NCBI GenBank assembly: GCA_963848295.1
Contig: CAWKDB010000010.1
Coordinates: 4,544,001 to 4,608,000 of the forward strand
Direction of reading: 5' to 3'
Length of the DNA stretch: 64,000 nt
Source: an uncultured delta proteobacterium
Lineage (GTDB): Bacteria > Myxococcota_A > Polyangia > Haliangiales > Haliangiaceae
Each line of letters opens with the position of its first letter. Positions within the stretch are counted from its first letter, which is position 1. The notes below the pieces were generated by a model. The model was not told the origin of the DNA. It made no database searches and saw only the letters and a program-made list of their open reading frames with translations. Both the position numbers and the translations under genes were made by a program. This document shows, in pieces, positions 9,419 through 19,713 of the stretch.

Positions 9419-12400
9419 TCAGCGCGCGAAGCTGCCGACCGCGGACGGCCGGTGCGGGCGGCGGTCGCGCTCGGCGTAGGCGCGCTCGAAGTCTTCGGGC
9501 GTGTAGCGCGTGCCCATCGGCGGCGGCGGATCGTTCTGGATGAACGCGTTGTCGCGAATGCGCAGCGCGCGGACTCGCGCGAGCACGGCGTCGGCCTGGG
9601 TCGCGCCCTCGGTGCGGCCGAGGATCATGACGGCCGCCTCGAGCGCGCGCGGCGACACCGGGATCCCGCTCTCGTCGTCGGTGCGGACCTCGCAGGCGGC
9701 GAGGGCGGCGCGAGCGATCGCGAACGACGGGCTGCCGATCGCCGACATCAACGCGCCGTAGCGGCCGAGCTCGAGCTCGAGGAACGCGCTGCGCTCCATC
9801 GAGAGCTCCGCGTTCGGGCGCACCGCGGGTGCGGTCTGCGCGACGATTCGATCCATCGTGTCGAGCAAGTCGGCGGCGACATCGCCGTTCGGGCCAAGGC
9901 GCGCCGCTTCTTTTGCATACGGGTGCGCGTCGACGTGCCGGCCCTGGCCCGCGAGCGCGCGCGCCATCGCATGCAGCCCGGCGACCCGGACCTCGCGCGG
10001 CGCATCGCGGTCGGCGATCAGCTGCTTCGCGATCTGCTCGCACTCGACGAACTCGCCGAGCCGGTACAGGCCGCTCGCGAGCGCGACGAGCAGCGTCGAC
10101 TCGTGCGACCCGAGCGCGAGCGCGCGGCGGCCCGCTTCGATCGCGACCGGCGCGTTGTCCGCGCGACTCGCGGCGCCCGCGAGCATCGCCCAATCGTCGG
10201 CGGCGCGGAATCGCCGCGACGCGTAGCGCAGCACCGCGACCGCCTCGGCATCGCGGCCGGCGTCGACGAGCACGCGGCCGATCAGCCGCGGCGCGTCGTT
10301 GCGCTCGTGCGCGGCGAGCACGCGGATCGCCTCGCGCGGATGGCCGACCCGAGCGAGCGCGACCGCATAGCTCTGGGCGCGCTTCGCGTTGCCCGGCTCG
10401 CTCGCCGCCGCCCACTTCAGGTGCGGCAGCGCGATATCGAGACGGTCCTCCGACGCCGACGCGAGCCCGGCGTTGAACGCGGCGTCGCCGTCGATCGGGG
10501 TCGTGATCCCGGCCGCTCGCCACCGCGGCGCGAGGTCGTCGCGCGCGGCATCGCGCTCGAGATGGGTCGACGCCGCCATCCCGCGGCACGCCGCCTCGAA
10601 CCCATCGTCGTTGCGACCGGTCGCGAGCAGCGCCGACGCGACGCGCAGCCACGGCGCCGCGATCTCCGTCGGGTTCGCGATCGCGGCGAGCCAGTGGACG
10701 TCGAGCAGCGCGTGCGGCGGAGCAAACGCGGCCGCCGCCGTCGACCAGGCGAGCGCGGTCCCTCCACCTTCGACTGCACGCGAGCAGCGCTCGAACAGGT
10801 TCGCCGCCGGCTCGTACTGCGAGGCATCCGCGGCGAGGTCGTGCGCCATCCGCAGCTCCCAGCCGATGCGCTCGTCGCCACGCAACAGCCGGCCGACCGT
10901 CGGCAGCCCCGCGATCATCGCGTCGAGATGGCCGCCGTGCTCGGCCTCGAGGTCGAGCGCGCGTTCGACTCGCAACAGCCACGTGTCGAGCAGCCACTCC
11001 GGCGCGCCGCCGAGCCGGTCGATCAGCCGGAGCAACGCCGCGATCGCGGTCGGCTCGATCTGATAGCGCGCGCGCCGCACGAGGTGCAGCGCCTCGGTCG
11101 CGATGTGGCGATATGCGCCGGCGAGCGGCGTCGTGATCCCGGACGCGGCGACCATGTAGTTCGCGAGCGAGATGCCGAGCGCGAGCACCGCGCCACCGGC
11201 ATGCGCGTCGCGATCGCGCGCGGGCGGGACGAGCACGGTCCACCACTCCTCGGCGAGCGCATCGGCGGCGCGCAGCGTGGTCTCGATCGGTCGCATCAGC
11301 CGGCCGAGGATCGTGCCCGCGGTCGATTGCGCCGCAGGGACGGCCGCGATCAGCTCGGACACCCACAGCGGATCGAGCGTGATCGGCCGGCGCTCGCCGA
11401 GCGCCTTGCGCACGATCGACGTGTCCATGTTCGGCACGAAGTCGGCGAGGTCGCGCGCCGCATACTTCGCGAGCGTGACCGCGCCGCGGTCGATCCGACG
11501 CTCGATCACGCGCTCCCATTCGTTCGCCGGCCGGATCGCCGCGAGCCGCAGCGCTCGGTTGATGTGCGCCTCGAGCCGGCTCTGGCTGCGCCGCAGCTGG
11601 GCGGTCTGGATGTGATCGAGCGCGCCGTCGAGATCGCCCGACAGGATCAGCGCGTTCGCAGCGGCGAGCCGCGCCTTGCCGTCGGCGAGCAAGCCGCCCG
11701 CGTCCATGCCGGCGCAGTGATGGACCGCGAGCTCGGCCTGCTCCTCGCGGCCGACCGCGACCAGCGATTCGATCAGCATCTGCGCATCGTCGTCGTCGGT
11801 GATCCGCCCGCGTGTCAAGCCGACGATCGCGCGCCCGACATCGCCGCGGTGGTAGCCCTCCCACGCGTACGCGCGCGCGAGCAGGCCGGCGTCACTCTTC
11901 CAGTGCGAGATCCGCTTCACCGCCCACGCGAACGCCTCTTGCGCGGCCGGCTCGTCGGGTACGCCGACCAGCGCTTCGTCGGCGAGCTCGATCGCCTCTT
12001 GGAGCCGGCCGATGTCGAGATGCGCGAACGCGATCAACAGCGCCGCGTGATGCGGCGCTTGCCAATCGTTCGCGGACAGCTTGTCGGTCGTCGAGCCATC
12101 GAGGATCTCGCGGCAGCGATACTGCGCTTCGGCGAACGCCTGGCCCGGCCGGCCGAGCTGGCGCAACCGCCGCACGCAATCGAGGTGGGCGGCGCCGAAC
12201 TGAGGTGCGGCGACGGTCGCGCGATCGGCCCAGCGATAGCTCTCCTCGCGCCGACCCGCGTCGGCGAGCTGCAGCGAGTAGTTGTGGCACGCGTACGGAT
12301 TCGCGGGCATCAGGCCCGCCGCGATGCCCTGATGGCGGATCCCCATGTTCTCGACCGGACCGCCGCCCCCAGCCGGCGCGAGCCCGACCGTCTCGCCCTT

Positions 12401-13195
12401 CGTCGCGAACGGCTCGCCCCAGATCGACAGGTGCGGCTTCGCGTACATCGGCGCTTCCGCGATCAGCGGCAGGATCGCGCGGCGATCGGTCTCGCCTCGG
12501 ATCAGCGCGGCGACGTACGCGTTGCGGCGCGCGACCGGATGGGTCGGATCGAGCTCGAGGATCACCGGATCGAGCGTTCGTGCGCCGTCGCGAGCGAGCT
12601 CGGCGAGCACGCGGACGTACGGGATCGCGAGCCGCGGCAACGGCTGGACGACGCCGGGCGGCAACTGCGGTCCGGTGCGCTGCCGCAACAGCGAGTCGGC
12701 GAACGCCAGGCGATCGCCGGCATTGCGCAGATCGTCGGCGGTGAAATCCGCGAGCGGGCCGACCTGCGGCAAGCGCCGGGCGGTCAGCCACTTCGCCAGG
12801 CACTCCGCGAGCTGGCGCGACAACGGCTGGCCGGCGGTCGCGGGCCACTCCTCGATTGGCGCACCGCCGGCTCGGCGCGCGCGCAGCACGGTCGGCGTCG
12901 GCCGCGTGCGATCGATGCCGAGCTCGAGCCACAGCACCTCGTGGCGGCGCGACACGCGGAACAGCCAGTCGATGTTTTCCTCGATCTGCGGATGCGACGC
13001 GTCGAGCAACCGGCCGTTCTCGTCCGCGATCCGCTCGTCGTCGTCGCCGAGCGTCACCATCGGGTGGCGCACGAGATGATCGAACACGATCACCGACATC
13101 AGCCGCGCGAAGTACGGCAGCGAGCGCTCGGCCTCGGCCGGCACGACCAACGTGCTCGCGAGGAAGGTCGCGCGGTGCGGATACGGCAGCGGCAC
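9419..13195 (-). CDS. Large alpha-helical/TPR-like protein (~1258 aa)
   Basis: Long coding-like ORF with Ala/Leu helical TPR-like repeats; GTG start at 13195. Confidence 0.8.
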   Translation of the reverse strand: MPLPYPHRATFLASTLVVPAEAERSLPYFARLMSVIVFDHLVRHPMVTLGDDDERIADENGRLLDASHPQIEENIDWLFRVSRRHEVLWLELGIDRTRPTPTVLRARRAGGAPIEEWPATAGQPLSRQLAECLAKWLTARRLPQVGPLADFTADDLRNAGDRLAFADSLLRQRTGPQLPPGVVQPLPRLAIPYVRVLAELARDGARTLDPVILELDPTHPVARRNAYVAALIRGETDRRAILPLIAEAPMYAKPHLSIWGEPFATKGETVGLAPAGGGGPVENMGIRHQGIAAGLMPANPYACHNYSLQLADAGRREESYRWADRATVAAPQFGAAHLDCVRRLRQLGRPGQAFAEAQYRCREILDGSTTDKLSANDWQAPHHAALLIAFAHLDIGRLQEAIELADEALVGVPDEPAAQEAFAWAVKRISHWKSDAGLLARAYAWEGYHRGDVGRAIVGLTRGRITDDDDAQMLIESLVAVGREEQAELAVHHCAGMDAGGLLADGKARLAAANALILSGDLDGALDHIQTAQLRRSQSRLEAHINRALRLAAIRPANEWERVIERRIDRGAVTLAKYAARDLADFVPNMDTSIVRKALGERRPITLDPLWVSELIAAVPAAQSTAGTILGRLMRPIETTLRAADALAEEWWTVLVPPARDRDAHAGGAVLALGISLANYMVAASGITTPLAGAYRHIATEALHLVRRARYQIEPTAIAALLRLIDRLGGAPEWLLDTWLLRVERALDLEAEHGGHLDAMIAGLPTVGRLLRGDERIGWELRMAHDLAADASQYEPAANLFERCSRAVEGGGTALAWSTAAAAFAPPHALLDVHWLAAIANPTEIAAPWLRVASALLATGRNDDGFEAACRGMAASTHLERDAARDDLAPRWRAAGITTPIDGDAAFNAGLASASEDRLDIALPHLKWAAASEPGNAKRAQSYAVALARVGHPREAIRVLAAHERNDAPRLIGRVLVDAGRDAEAVAVLRYASRRFRAADDWAMLAGAASRADNAPVAIEAGRRALALGSHESTLLVALASGLYRLGEFVECEQIAKQLIADRDAPREVRVAGLHAMARALAGQGRHVDAHPYAKEAARLGPNGDVAADLLDTMDRIVAQTAPAVRPNAELSMERSAFLELELGRYGALMSAIGSPSFAIARAALAACEVRTDDESGIPVSPRALEAAVMILGRTEGATQADAVLARVRALRIRDNAFIQNDPPPPMGTRYTPEDFERAYAERDRRPHRPSAVGSFAR
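12350..12400. repeat. Degenerate copy of the intragenic palindromic element, read in reverse (GETVGLAPAGGGGPVE)
   Basis: + strand tcgaccggaccgcc...ggcgcgagcccgaccgtc resembles both ends of the 54-bp element at 42073 and 50724. Confidence 0.45.
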
Positions 13196-13249
13196 GGTAG
13201 CGCCCCGAGAATACGAGATCGCGCGGTTAACCGCGGCGCGCGGCAACCG

Positions 13250-14492
13250 TCATTTTATGCCGAGCTCGCCGGCCAGGCGCTGGGCGTCGGCCGCCCGGCC
13301 GCAGCGCGAAAGTGCCTGCCATGCCTTGAACCGCGCGGCGTGAGGCAGCGCCGGATCGCGCAGCGGCTCGACGACCGCGCAGGCGGTGGCGGCGTCACCG
13401 GCGGCGAGCGCGGTATCGACGACCAGCTCGCGGGCCTCGACGGTGTCGCGGTTCGCGAGGTTCGCCTGCGCGAGCACGAGCGCGCGCGCCGGGTCGCCGC
13501 CGATGCCGAGGAAGAACCGCGCGGCATGGTCGCTGAACGCCTCGGGCAGCGCCGAGAGGTAGCGCTCCCAACCGGCGCGCGCCTCCGCGATCAAGCGCCG
13601 GTCTATGGTCGGGATCGAGCGCCGCTTCGAGCGCCACCAGCTCCGGGTGGCGATCCGCCGCGAGCGCGGCCTGCACGAGCGGCTTCGCGGCGGCGCTATC
13701 GCCGGTCGCGATCATCGTCTGCGCGAGGTGCACGACCGTCTCGAGCGAGCCCGGCATGCGATCGCGCGCGGCGGCATAGAGCTCGCGCGCCGCGGCCATC
13801 TCGCCCTTCTGTTCGTACAGCCGGCCCCACTGGAACAGCAGCCAGTTCAGCATGACCGGCGAGTTGTCGCGCACCGCGGCGGCCGCCTTCGCCATCATCG
13901 CGAGGCCTTCATCGTACCTGCCTGCGAGCCCGAGCGCGCCGCCGAGCTGGCCCAGGTTCGTCGGGCTCGGCCAGACCTTCGCCATCTGCTCGCGCGCGGG
14001 CAGCGAGAGCGCGACCTTGCCGGTCGCCTCGTCGATCGTGGTCTCGAGCGGTTGCCACTCGCCGGCGTCGATCTTCGGTCGCTGCTTGATCAGCGCGAGC
14101 TCGGCGCGCGCCGCGGCGAACCGATGGACGCGCGACAGCGCGCGGACGCGCATCTTCATCGCATCGAGGTCGTCGGGCGAGTGCTCGAGCCAGGTCGCGG
14201 ACAACGTGAGCGCGGCCAGGTAGTCCTCGAGGTCGCCGCGGATCCCCGCGCGCGTCAGGTGCAGCTCGATGACCTGCGCGATGTCGTCGGGCTTGACCTG
14301 ATGGATCTCGATCTGTCGATCGATGATCCGCAGCTCGTCATCGCCGCTCTCGCTACGCGGCAACTTCGGCACCAAAGACGAAGCGCGGTCGGACCCGGGT
14401 TTCGGATCCACCGCGCGAGGGGCGTGATGGTCCGCCTTGCCGCGGCACGCCGTCCACAGGACGAGGGCGGCCGCGACCGGCGCGAGCTTCAT
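13250..14492 (-). CDS. TPR lipoprotein of a DUF4331 locus, one frameshift near 13594
   Basis: WTAC lipobox and TPR helices; continues in ORF 13250..13594 (LIAEARAGWERY...HAARFFL). Confidence 0.75.
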
Positions 14493-15186
14493 CAGTGCGG
14501 CGCAGCGAGGAACGGGAAGGTCGTATCCGACGTCGCGTTCGTTCCGGTGTGCGGTCCCACGCCGTCACCGACAAGCGGGGTCGCCGACGGGGGCGCGATC
14601 GTGAACCCGCTCGAAACCGGCTGCGACCGCGCTGTAGGTGACGTCGATCACGTCCTCGCTCGGCGAGCGACCACCGCAGTCGTTGAACACCTGCGCGCCG
14701 ACTGACGACGTTGAGCTCGACCGCGAGGTACAGGTTGCACGCCGTCTGCGTGCTGTCGAGGTAGAGCTGGTCGTCGAGCAGCAGGCCGGTGAGCGTCGAG
14801 TACGAGTCGGCCGTGACCGGCCCGCCGCCTTCTGGGCTGCCGTCGTACAGCACCTGGTTGCCGCACACGGTGTCGAGCGCGTCGAAGATCGCGAGGTTCG
14901 CTGCGAACTGGGCCTTGTTCGCATCGGACGCCCACGTCGTCGGATCGGACTCCGCGTTGTACGCGTCCTTCGCCGCGTTCTTCGTCGCCGGGGTCGGATC
15001 GAACGCGTGGTTGAGCGCGGTGTTGATCGCGGGGCGACCGAGGCGGTCGATCTGCGCGCCGAGCGCGGGCGCGTTCGGGATCTGAGCCGCGTCGCTGCCC
15101 GAGCCGGCGTCCGAGTTGCTGTGGTTGTCGCCGCAGGAGACTGCGCCGACGGTGAGGATCGCGAGGAGGATGGCGTGTTTTTTCAT
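14492..15186 (-). CDS. DUF4331-family lipoprotein (C-terminal-type), two frameshifts near 14700 and 14614
   Basis: QIDRLGRPAINTAL, CGGRSPSEDVIDVTY and TFPFLAAPH end motifs fall in successive frames. Confidence 0.75.
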
Positions 15187-15200
15187 GGTCATCCTCGCCG

Positions 15201-15977
15201 TCACGGAGCCGTGTGCGTGCTGGCCCAGACGGCCAGCAGCGGGTTGGTGGAGCTCGACAGCAACGTCTTGTCGACCTGGACGACGATCGCCATCACGTTG
15301 AGGCTCGCGAAGCAGTCGGCGACGTTGTTCGCGCCGGTGCACGGCGCGGCCGCGGTCGCGCTCGAGGTTTCCTTCAGCAGGTTGCCGAGTGCCGTCGCCG
15401 TGCCGCCGTCGAGCGTCGGACAGCCCGCCGCGTCGAACGTCAGGCCGGTGCACTGGGCATCCCCGCACTTCGTCTCTACCGCCGAGACCGCGTCGCGGAA
15501 GCCGGACAGATCGAAGAAGAACGCATCGGCGCGGTGGCCCGCGAATACCTTGAGCTTGCCGTCCGCGCTCGTGATCCCTGCGGCGGCGCTGGCATCGCCG
15601 GTGACGTAGTCGCCACTCGCGCCGGTGCCGCTGCCGACCCAGCACTGCGCGCTGGTGTCGCTCGCGAACGTGCAGATGATGTCGGTCTCGACCGCGCCGG
15701 TCGCCATGCCGTAACCGGCCTGCGCGGTGACGTGGAACGCATACTGGATCGTCGACCCGAAGTGGCGCGTGCCGTCATCGCCGGGGGAGACGGTCATGAC
15801 CAGGTTGACCTTCGTCGCGTCCGGGGTCATCCACGCGTAGAGATCGCCGATGTCGGCCATCGGGTTACCGGACGCGGCCGGCCCATCGAGGTGATCGGCG
15901 GCATGGCTGGTGTGCGCTACCAGCAACGCGCCGAGTCCGAGCGCAGCTGCGCTGGAAGCAAAAGCGAGTTTCTTCAA
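15201..15977 (-). CDS. DUF4331-family secreted protein (N-terminal-type)
   Basis: Signal peptide then AADHLDGP...DIGDLYAW and FAGHRADAFFFD motifs; AAGGGGG RBS. Confidence 0.85.
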   Translation of the reverse strand: MKKLAFASSAAALGLGALLVAHTSHAADHLDGPAASGNPMADIGDLYAWMTPDATKVNLVMTVSPGDDGTRHFGSTIQYAFHVTAQAGYGMATGAVETDIICTFASDTSAQCWVGSGTGASGDYVTGDASAAAGITSADGKLKVFAGHRADAFFFDLSGFRDAVSAVETKCGDAQCTGLTFDAAGCPTLDGGTATALGNLLKETSSATAAAPCTGANNVADCFASLNVMAIVVQVDKTLLSSSTNPLLAVWASTHTAP

Positions 15978-16168
15978 GGTATCCCCCTTAGTGGTGAGTG
16001 ACTCTAACCCGATTCAGTTGCGAGAAGCCAAATCGGCACGGGCGTTTCCCCGGGGACAGTTGTCCCATACGTCAGCGAACGACGCTGTGATACGATCGGC
16101 GTCAGGTAGCGGATCGACGCGATCTGCTTTTTTCAACGCCAGCACCAGTACCGGCTAGGAGACCGTCC

Positions 16169-16765
16169 GTGGGAACGAAGCTCTACGTGGGCAACTTGAA
16201 CTACAACACGACCGAGCAATCGCTGAGAGATGCTTTCGGGGGGAACGGTCGGGAGGTCGCGAGCGTGTCGATCATCATCGATCGCGAGACCGGCCGATCC
16301 CGTGGCTTCGCGTTCGTCGAGATGGCGACCGCGGAAGCAGCGGCGCAAGCGCTCCAGGAGCTCGACGGTCAGGATCTCGACGGTCGGATGCTGAGGATCA
16401 ACGAGGCGCGGGAACGCGAAGCTCGTGGGCCCGGCGGTCCCGGTCCCGGTGGTCCGCGCTCGTTCGGCGGCCCGCGTCCGGGTCCCGGCGGCGGTGGTGG
16501 CTACGGCGGAGGCGGCGGTGGCGGCGGTGGCGGCTACGGACGTCCACCCGGTGGTGGCGGTGGCTTCGGTGGACCTCGCCCGAGCGGGCCGGGCGGTGGC
16601 GGCGGCTTCGGCGCTCCTCGTCCCGGTTTCGGCGCGGCGCCGACCGGCGGTGATGGCCGGCGCAAGAAGAGCGGCGATAAAGAGCGCGAGCGCGATCGCG
16701 GCGGCGAAGGCGATCGCGGCAAGAAGGGCCGGCGGCGCGACGGCGATGGCGGCGACGGCTGGTAG
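16169..16765 (+). CDS. RRM RNA-binding protein with Gly-rich tail
   Basis: RNP2 KLYVGNL and RNP1 RGFAFVEM motifs. Confidence 0.95.
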   Translation: MGTKLYVGNLNYNTTEQSLRDAFGGNGREVASVSIIIDRETGRSRGFAFVEMATAEAAAQALQELDGQDLDGRMLRINEAREREARGPGGPGPGGPRSFGGPRPGPGGGGGYGGGGGGGGGGYGRPPGGGGGFGGPRPSGPGGGGGFGAPRPGFGAAPTGGDGRRKKSGDKERERDRGGEGDRGKKGRRRDGDGGDGW

Positions 16766-16796
16766 AAATCACAGCGCGATCCGGTAGGCTGCGGCC

Positions 16797-17708
16797 GTGA
16801 GCGCGCTACCCGACTGGATCGCATCGCAACTGCCCGCCGGTTACCGCGAGCGCGACATCGCAGTTGGCGACGAGCGCATGCATGTCCTCGAGTGGGGACC
16901 GGCGGACGGCAAGGCGATCGTGCTCGTCCACGGCAACCCGACGTGGAGTTATCTGTGGCGCAAGGTCGTCGCGGCGATTCGGGCGCGGCCGGGCGGTGAC
17001 CGCTATCGCTTGATCGCGGTCGATCTCGTCGGCCTCGGGCAATCGAGCAAGCCCGCGCGCGAGGCGCATACGCTCGCTCACCACGCGGCGTGGCTCGGCG
17101 CGGCGATCGACGCGCTCGTCCCCGGGCCGCTCGTGCTGGTGGCGCAGGACTGGGGCGGCCCGATCGGGCTGCGCGCGATGCGCGATCGATCGAGCCGGTT
17201 GCGCGGGCTGGTGCTCGGCAACACCGCGATCAGTCCGCCGGCGCCGCACTTCAAGCCGACGCTGTTCCATCGCCTGTCGCAGATGCCGGTCGTCAGCGAC
17301 CTGCTGTTCCGCGGCTTGGGCTTCCCTCTCGGCTTGTTGCATGTGTCGCAAGGCGACAAGTCATCGATTCGCGGCGTGGTCGCGCGTTCGTATCGCTGGC
17401 CGCTGCGCAAGCTCGCCGACCGCAACGCGCCGCTCGCGCTCGCTCGCATGGTGCCGAACGGGCACGACCACGTCTCGGTGCCCGACCTCGCGCTGACCGA
17501 CGAGCTGTTTCGCACGACGCCCGCGCCGATCACGATCGTCTGGGGGAAGCGCGATCCGATCCTCGGCAGCGTGATCAACCACCTCGAGCGCCTGCGGCCG
17601 GACGCGAAGGTCGTGCGTACCGGCGCCGGCCATTTCCTGCAAGAAGAAGTGCCTGGCGAGCTCGCGGATGCCGCGCTCGACATCGCGGACCGCGCTGACT
17701 GGTCGTGA
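16797..17708 (+). CDS. Alpha/beta hydrolase, haloalkane dehalogenase-like
   Basis: HGNPTWSYLWR, QDWGG nucleophile elbow and GHFLQEE motifs. Confidence 0.9.
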   Translation: MSALPDWIASQLPAGYRERDIAVGDERMHVLEWGPADGKAIVLVHGNPTWSYLWRKVVAAIRARPGGDRYRLIAVDLVGLGQSSKPAREAHTLAHHAAWLGAAIDALVPGPLVLVAQDWGGPIGLRAMRDRSSRLRGLVLGNTAISPPAPHFKPTLFHRLSQMPVVSDLLFRGLGFPLGLLHVSQGDKSSIRGVVARSYRWPLRKLADRNAPLALARMVPNGHDHVSVPDLALTDELFRTTPAPITIVWGKRDPILGSVINHLERLRPDAKVVRTGAGHFLQEEVPGELADAALDIADRADWS

Positions 17709-18550
17709 ATCGCACGCGCTTCGTCGTCGCGCCGGACGAGCAAGGCCTCCGGCTCGATCAAGTGATCCCGCGCCACGTCGAAGGGCTGTCGCGGCGCAAG
17801 GCGCGCAGCGTGATCGATATCGGGGGTGTGTTCGTGCAAGGTGCGCGGGTCAAGATCGCCGGCCGCACCGTGCGCGCCGGCCAGACAATCGAGGTCACGC
17901 TCGGCGGAGCGATCGATGCGCTCGGCAAGCCGCCCGGGCCCGAACCGCGCATCGCGTACAGCGACGACCACGTGATCGTCGTCGACAAACCCGCCGGGCT
18001 CGTCACCGCGCCGACGCCCGAAGCCGATCGCGGTGACTTGCTCGACTTGATGAGCCGCGCCCACGGCGAGGTCTATCTCGTCCATCGCCTCGATCTGCCG
18101 ACCAGCGGCCTGCTCGTGTTCGCGCGCACGCGCGAGGCGAACAAGCGCCTCGGCGAAGCGTTCAAGCTGCATGACGTCGACCGCGAGTATCGCGCGGTCG
18201 CGATCGGCGACGTCGCCGCGCAGACCATCGATCGCGAGATCGACCAGCGCCGCGCGGTCACTCACGTCGCGCCGATCGAACGCCTCGCGGGCGCGACGCT
18301 CCTCGCGGTGACGCTCGAGACCGGACGCACCCATCAGATCCGCATCCATCTCGCCGGTCTCGGCCACCCGATCGCGGGCGACCGCACCCACGGTGGCGAG
18401 ACGGAGCGAACGTTCATTCCGCGACCCCCGCGCCTCGCGTTGCACGCCGCGATCCTCGGCTTCACCCATCCCGCGACTGGCGAGCGCGTGAAGTTCTCGA
18501 GCGAGCTCCCGGCCGAGCTCGCGCAATGGATCGAGCGCCTGCGCGCCTGA
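17705..18550 (+). CDS. RluA/RluD-family pseudouridine synthase with S4 domain
   Basis: VDKPAG, HRLDLPTSG and TGRTHQIR motifs. Confidence 0.92.
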   Translation: MNRTRFVVAPDEQGLRLDQVIPRHVEGLSRRKARSVIDIGGVFVQGARVKIAGRTVRAGQTIEVTLGGAIDALGKPPGPEPRIAYSDDHVIVVDKPAGLVTAPTPEADRGDLLDLMSRAHGEVYLVHRLDLPTSGLLVFARTREANKRLGEAFKLHDVDREYRAVAIGDVAAQTIDREIDQRRAVTHVAPIERLAGATLLAVTLETGRTHQIRIHLAGLGHPIAGDRTHGGETERTFIPRPPRLALHAAILGFTHPATGERVKFSSELPAELAQWIERLRA

Positions 18551-18581
18551 GCTCTGCTCGCGGTATCCTGCCCCGACGGCG

Positions 18582-19367
18582 ATGGAACGGTCGGCGGGAT
18601 ATCTGCGAGCGGTTCGTTTGGTTCGCGACAGCGTTCGCGACTTCAACGTCTATCCGTTCTCGATTCCTGCCATCCAAGCTCTCGACGAGCTCGAGCTCGA
18701 CGCCAAGGTCACGTTCCTCATCGGCGAGAATGGCTCGGGGAAGTCCACGCTGATCGAAGCGATCGCGGTCCTCGCAGGATTCAACGCGGAGGGCGGCTCG
18801 AAGAACTTCCGGTTCGGCACGCGCCGCTCCGAGTCGTGCCTGCACCAATTCATGCGGCCGGTCCGCGGCCATCGTCGCCCGCACGATGGCTTCTTCCTGC
18901 GCGCGGAGAGTTACTTCAACGTCGGCACCGAGATCGAGCGACTCGACAAAGACCCACACTGGCTCGACGGCCCTCCGCTCATCGACAGTTACGGCGGCGT
19001 CTCGCTTCACGAGCAGTCCCACGGCGAGTCCTTTCTCGCGCTCGCTAACCATCGGTTCCGAGGCGACGGCCTGTACATCCTCGACGAGCCGGAAGCGGCG
19101 TTGTCACCGCAACGCCAGCTCACCCTCTTGTCGATCATCCATGACCTCGTCGAGCAGCGCGCGTCGCAGTTCGTGATCGCCACGCACTCGCCGATCCTCA
19201 TGGCGTACCCCGACGCGCTGATCTACCGCCTCGGACCCGACGGAATCGAACGCCTCGCTTACGAAGACACCGAGCACTACCGCATCACGCGCGACTTCCT
19301 GAGCTCTTCCGAACGCTACTTCAAGCGTCTGTTCAGCCGATCGGGGAGCAATGTCAGCGACGAGTAA
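18582..19367 (+). CDS. ABC/AAA-type predicted ATPase (COG3910-like)
   Basis: GENGSGKS, SHGESF, LDEPEAALSP and ATHSP motifs. Confidence 0.9.
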   Translation: MERSAGYLRAVRLVRDSVRDFNVYPFSIPAIQALDELELDAKVTFLIGENGSGKSTLIEAIAVLAGFNAEGGSKNFRFGTRRSESCLHQFMRPVRGHRRPHDGFFLRAESYFNVGTEIERLDKDPHWLDGPPLIDSYGGVSLHEQSHGESFLALANHRFRGDGLYILDEPEAALSPQRQLTLLSIIHDLVEQRASQFVIATHSPILMAYPDALIYRLGPDGIERLAYEDTEHYRITRDFLSSSERYFKRLFSRSGSNVSDE

Positions 19368-19375
19368 GCGGCGAT

Positions 19376-19425
19376 CGTGAACGAGCACGAGCGCGAGCAC
19401 ACGACACGAGCACGTGACACGAGCT
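19376..19425 (+). repeat. Degenerate GAGCAC/ACACGA short tandem repeat between convergent genes
   Basis: gaacgagcacgagcgcgagcacacgacacgagcacgtgacacgagc. Confidence 0.6.
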
Positions 19426-19431
19426 CACCAG

Positions 19432-19713
19432 CTAGCTCTCGAACGTCCAGGCCTTGACGATCTCGCAGCGCGCGGCGAGCTGATCGAGCACGCCGATCAT
19501 CGCCGGCTGAGCGGCGAGGGCACGCCACGCTTCGAGCGAGGCGGCGGTGATGACGATCGACAGGTCCCACTTCGCCGCGCTCGCATCCGCCGGCAGCCCG
19601 ACGACCGCGTCGGCGCCGGCGGCGGTCAGCTCGGCGCGCAACGCCTCGGCGAGCTCGGCGCGACTCGCCGCGTGACGATCGCGCAGCTTCGCGAAGCAGA
19701 ACCGTTGGATCAC
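19432..19713 (-). CDS. Small Dabb-like (dimeric alpha-beta barrel) protein
   Basis: GTG overlaps the upstream stop (GTGA); IQRFCFAKL...WDLSIVI...VKAWTF pattern. Confidence 0.6.
   Translation of the reverse strand: MIQRFCFAKLRDRHAASRAELAEALRAELTAAGADAVVGLPADASAAKWDLSIVITAASLEAWRALAAQPAMIGVLDQLAARCEIVKAWTFES

Noticed and set aside
9452..13855. 1467-aa + strand ORF and other long Arg/Ala-rich ORFs (e.g. 9318..11864, 44537..47692, 45412..48498, 53163..55559)
   Set aside because: Antisense or frame shadows of real genes, expected in high-GC DNA; no recognisable motifs.
16052..16066. ggggacagttgtccc (and gggggacttaag at 51542) as members of the paired-repeat family
   Set aside because: Only the GGGGAC prefix matches; no correctly spaced TTGTCAAC arm and no partner copy.
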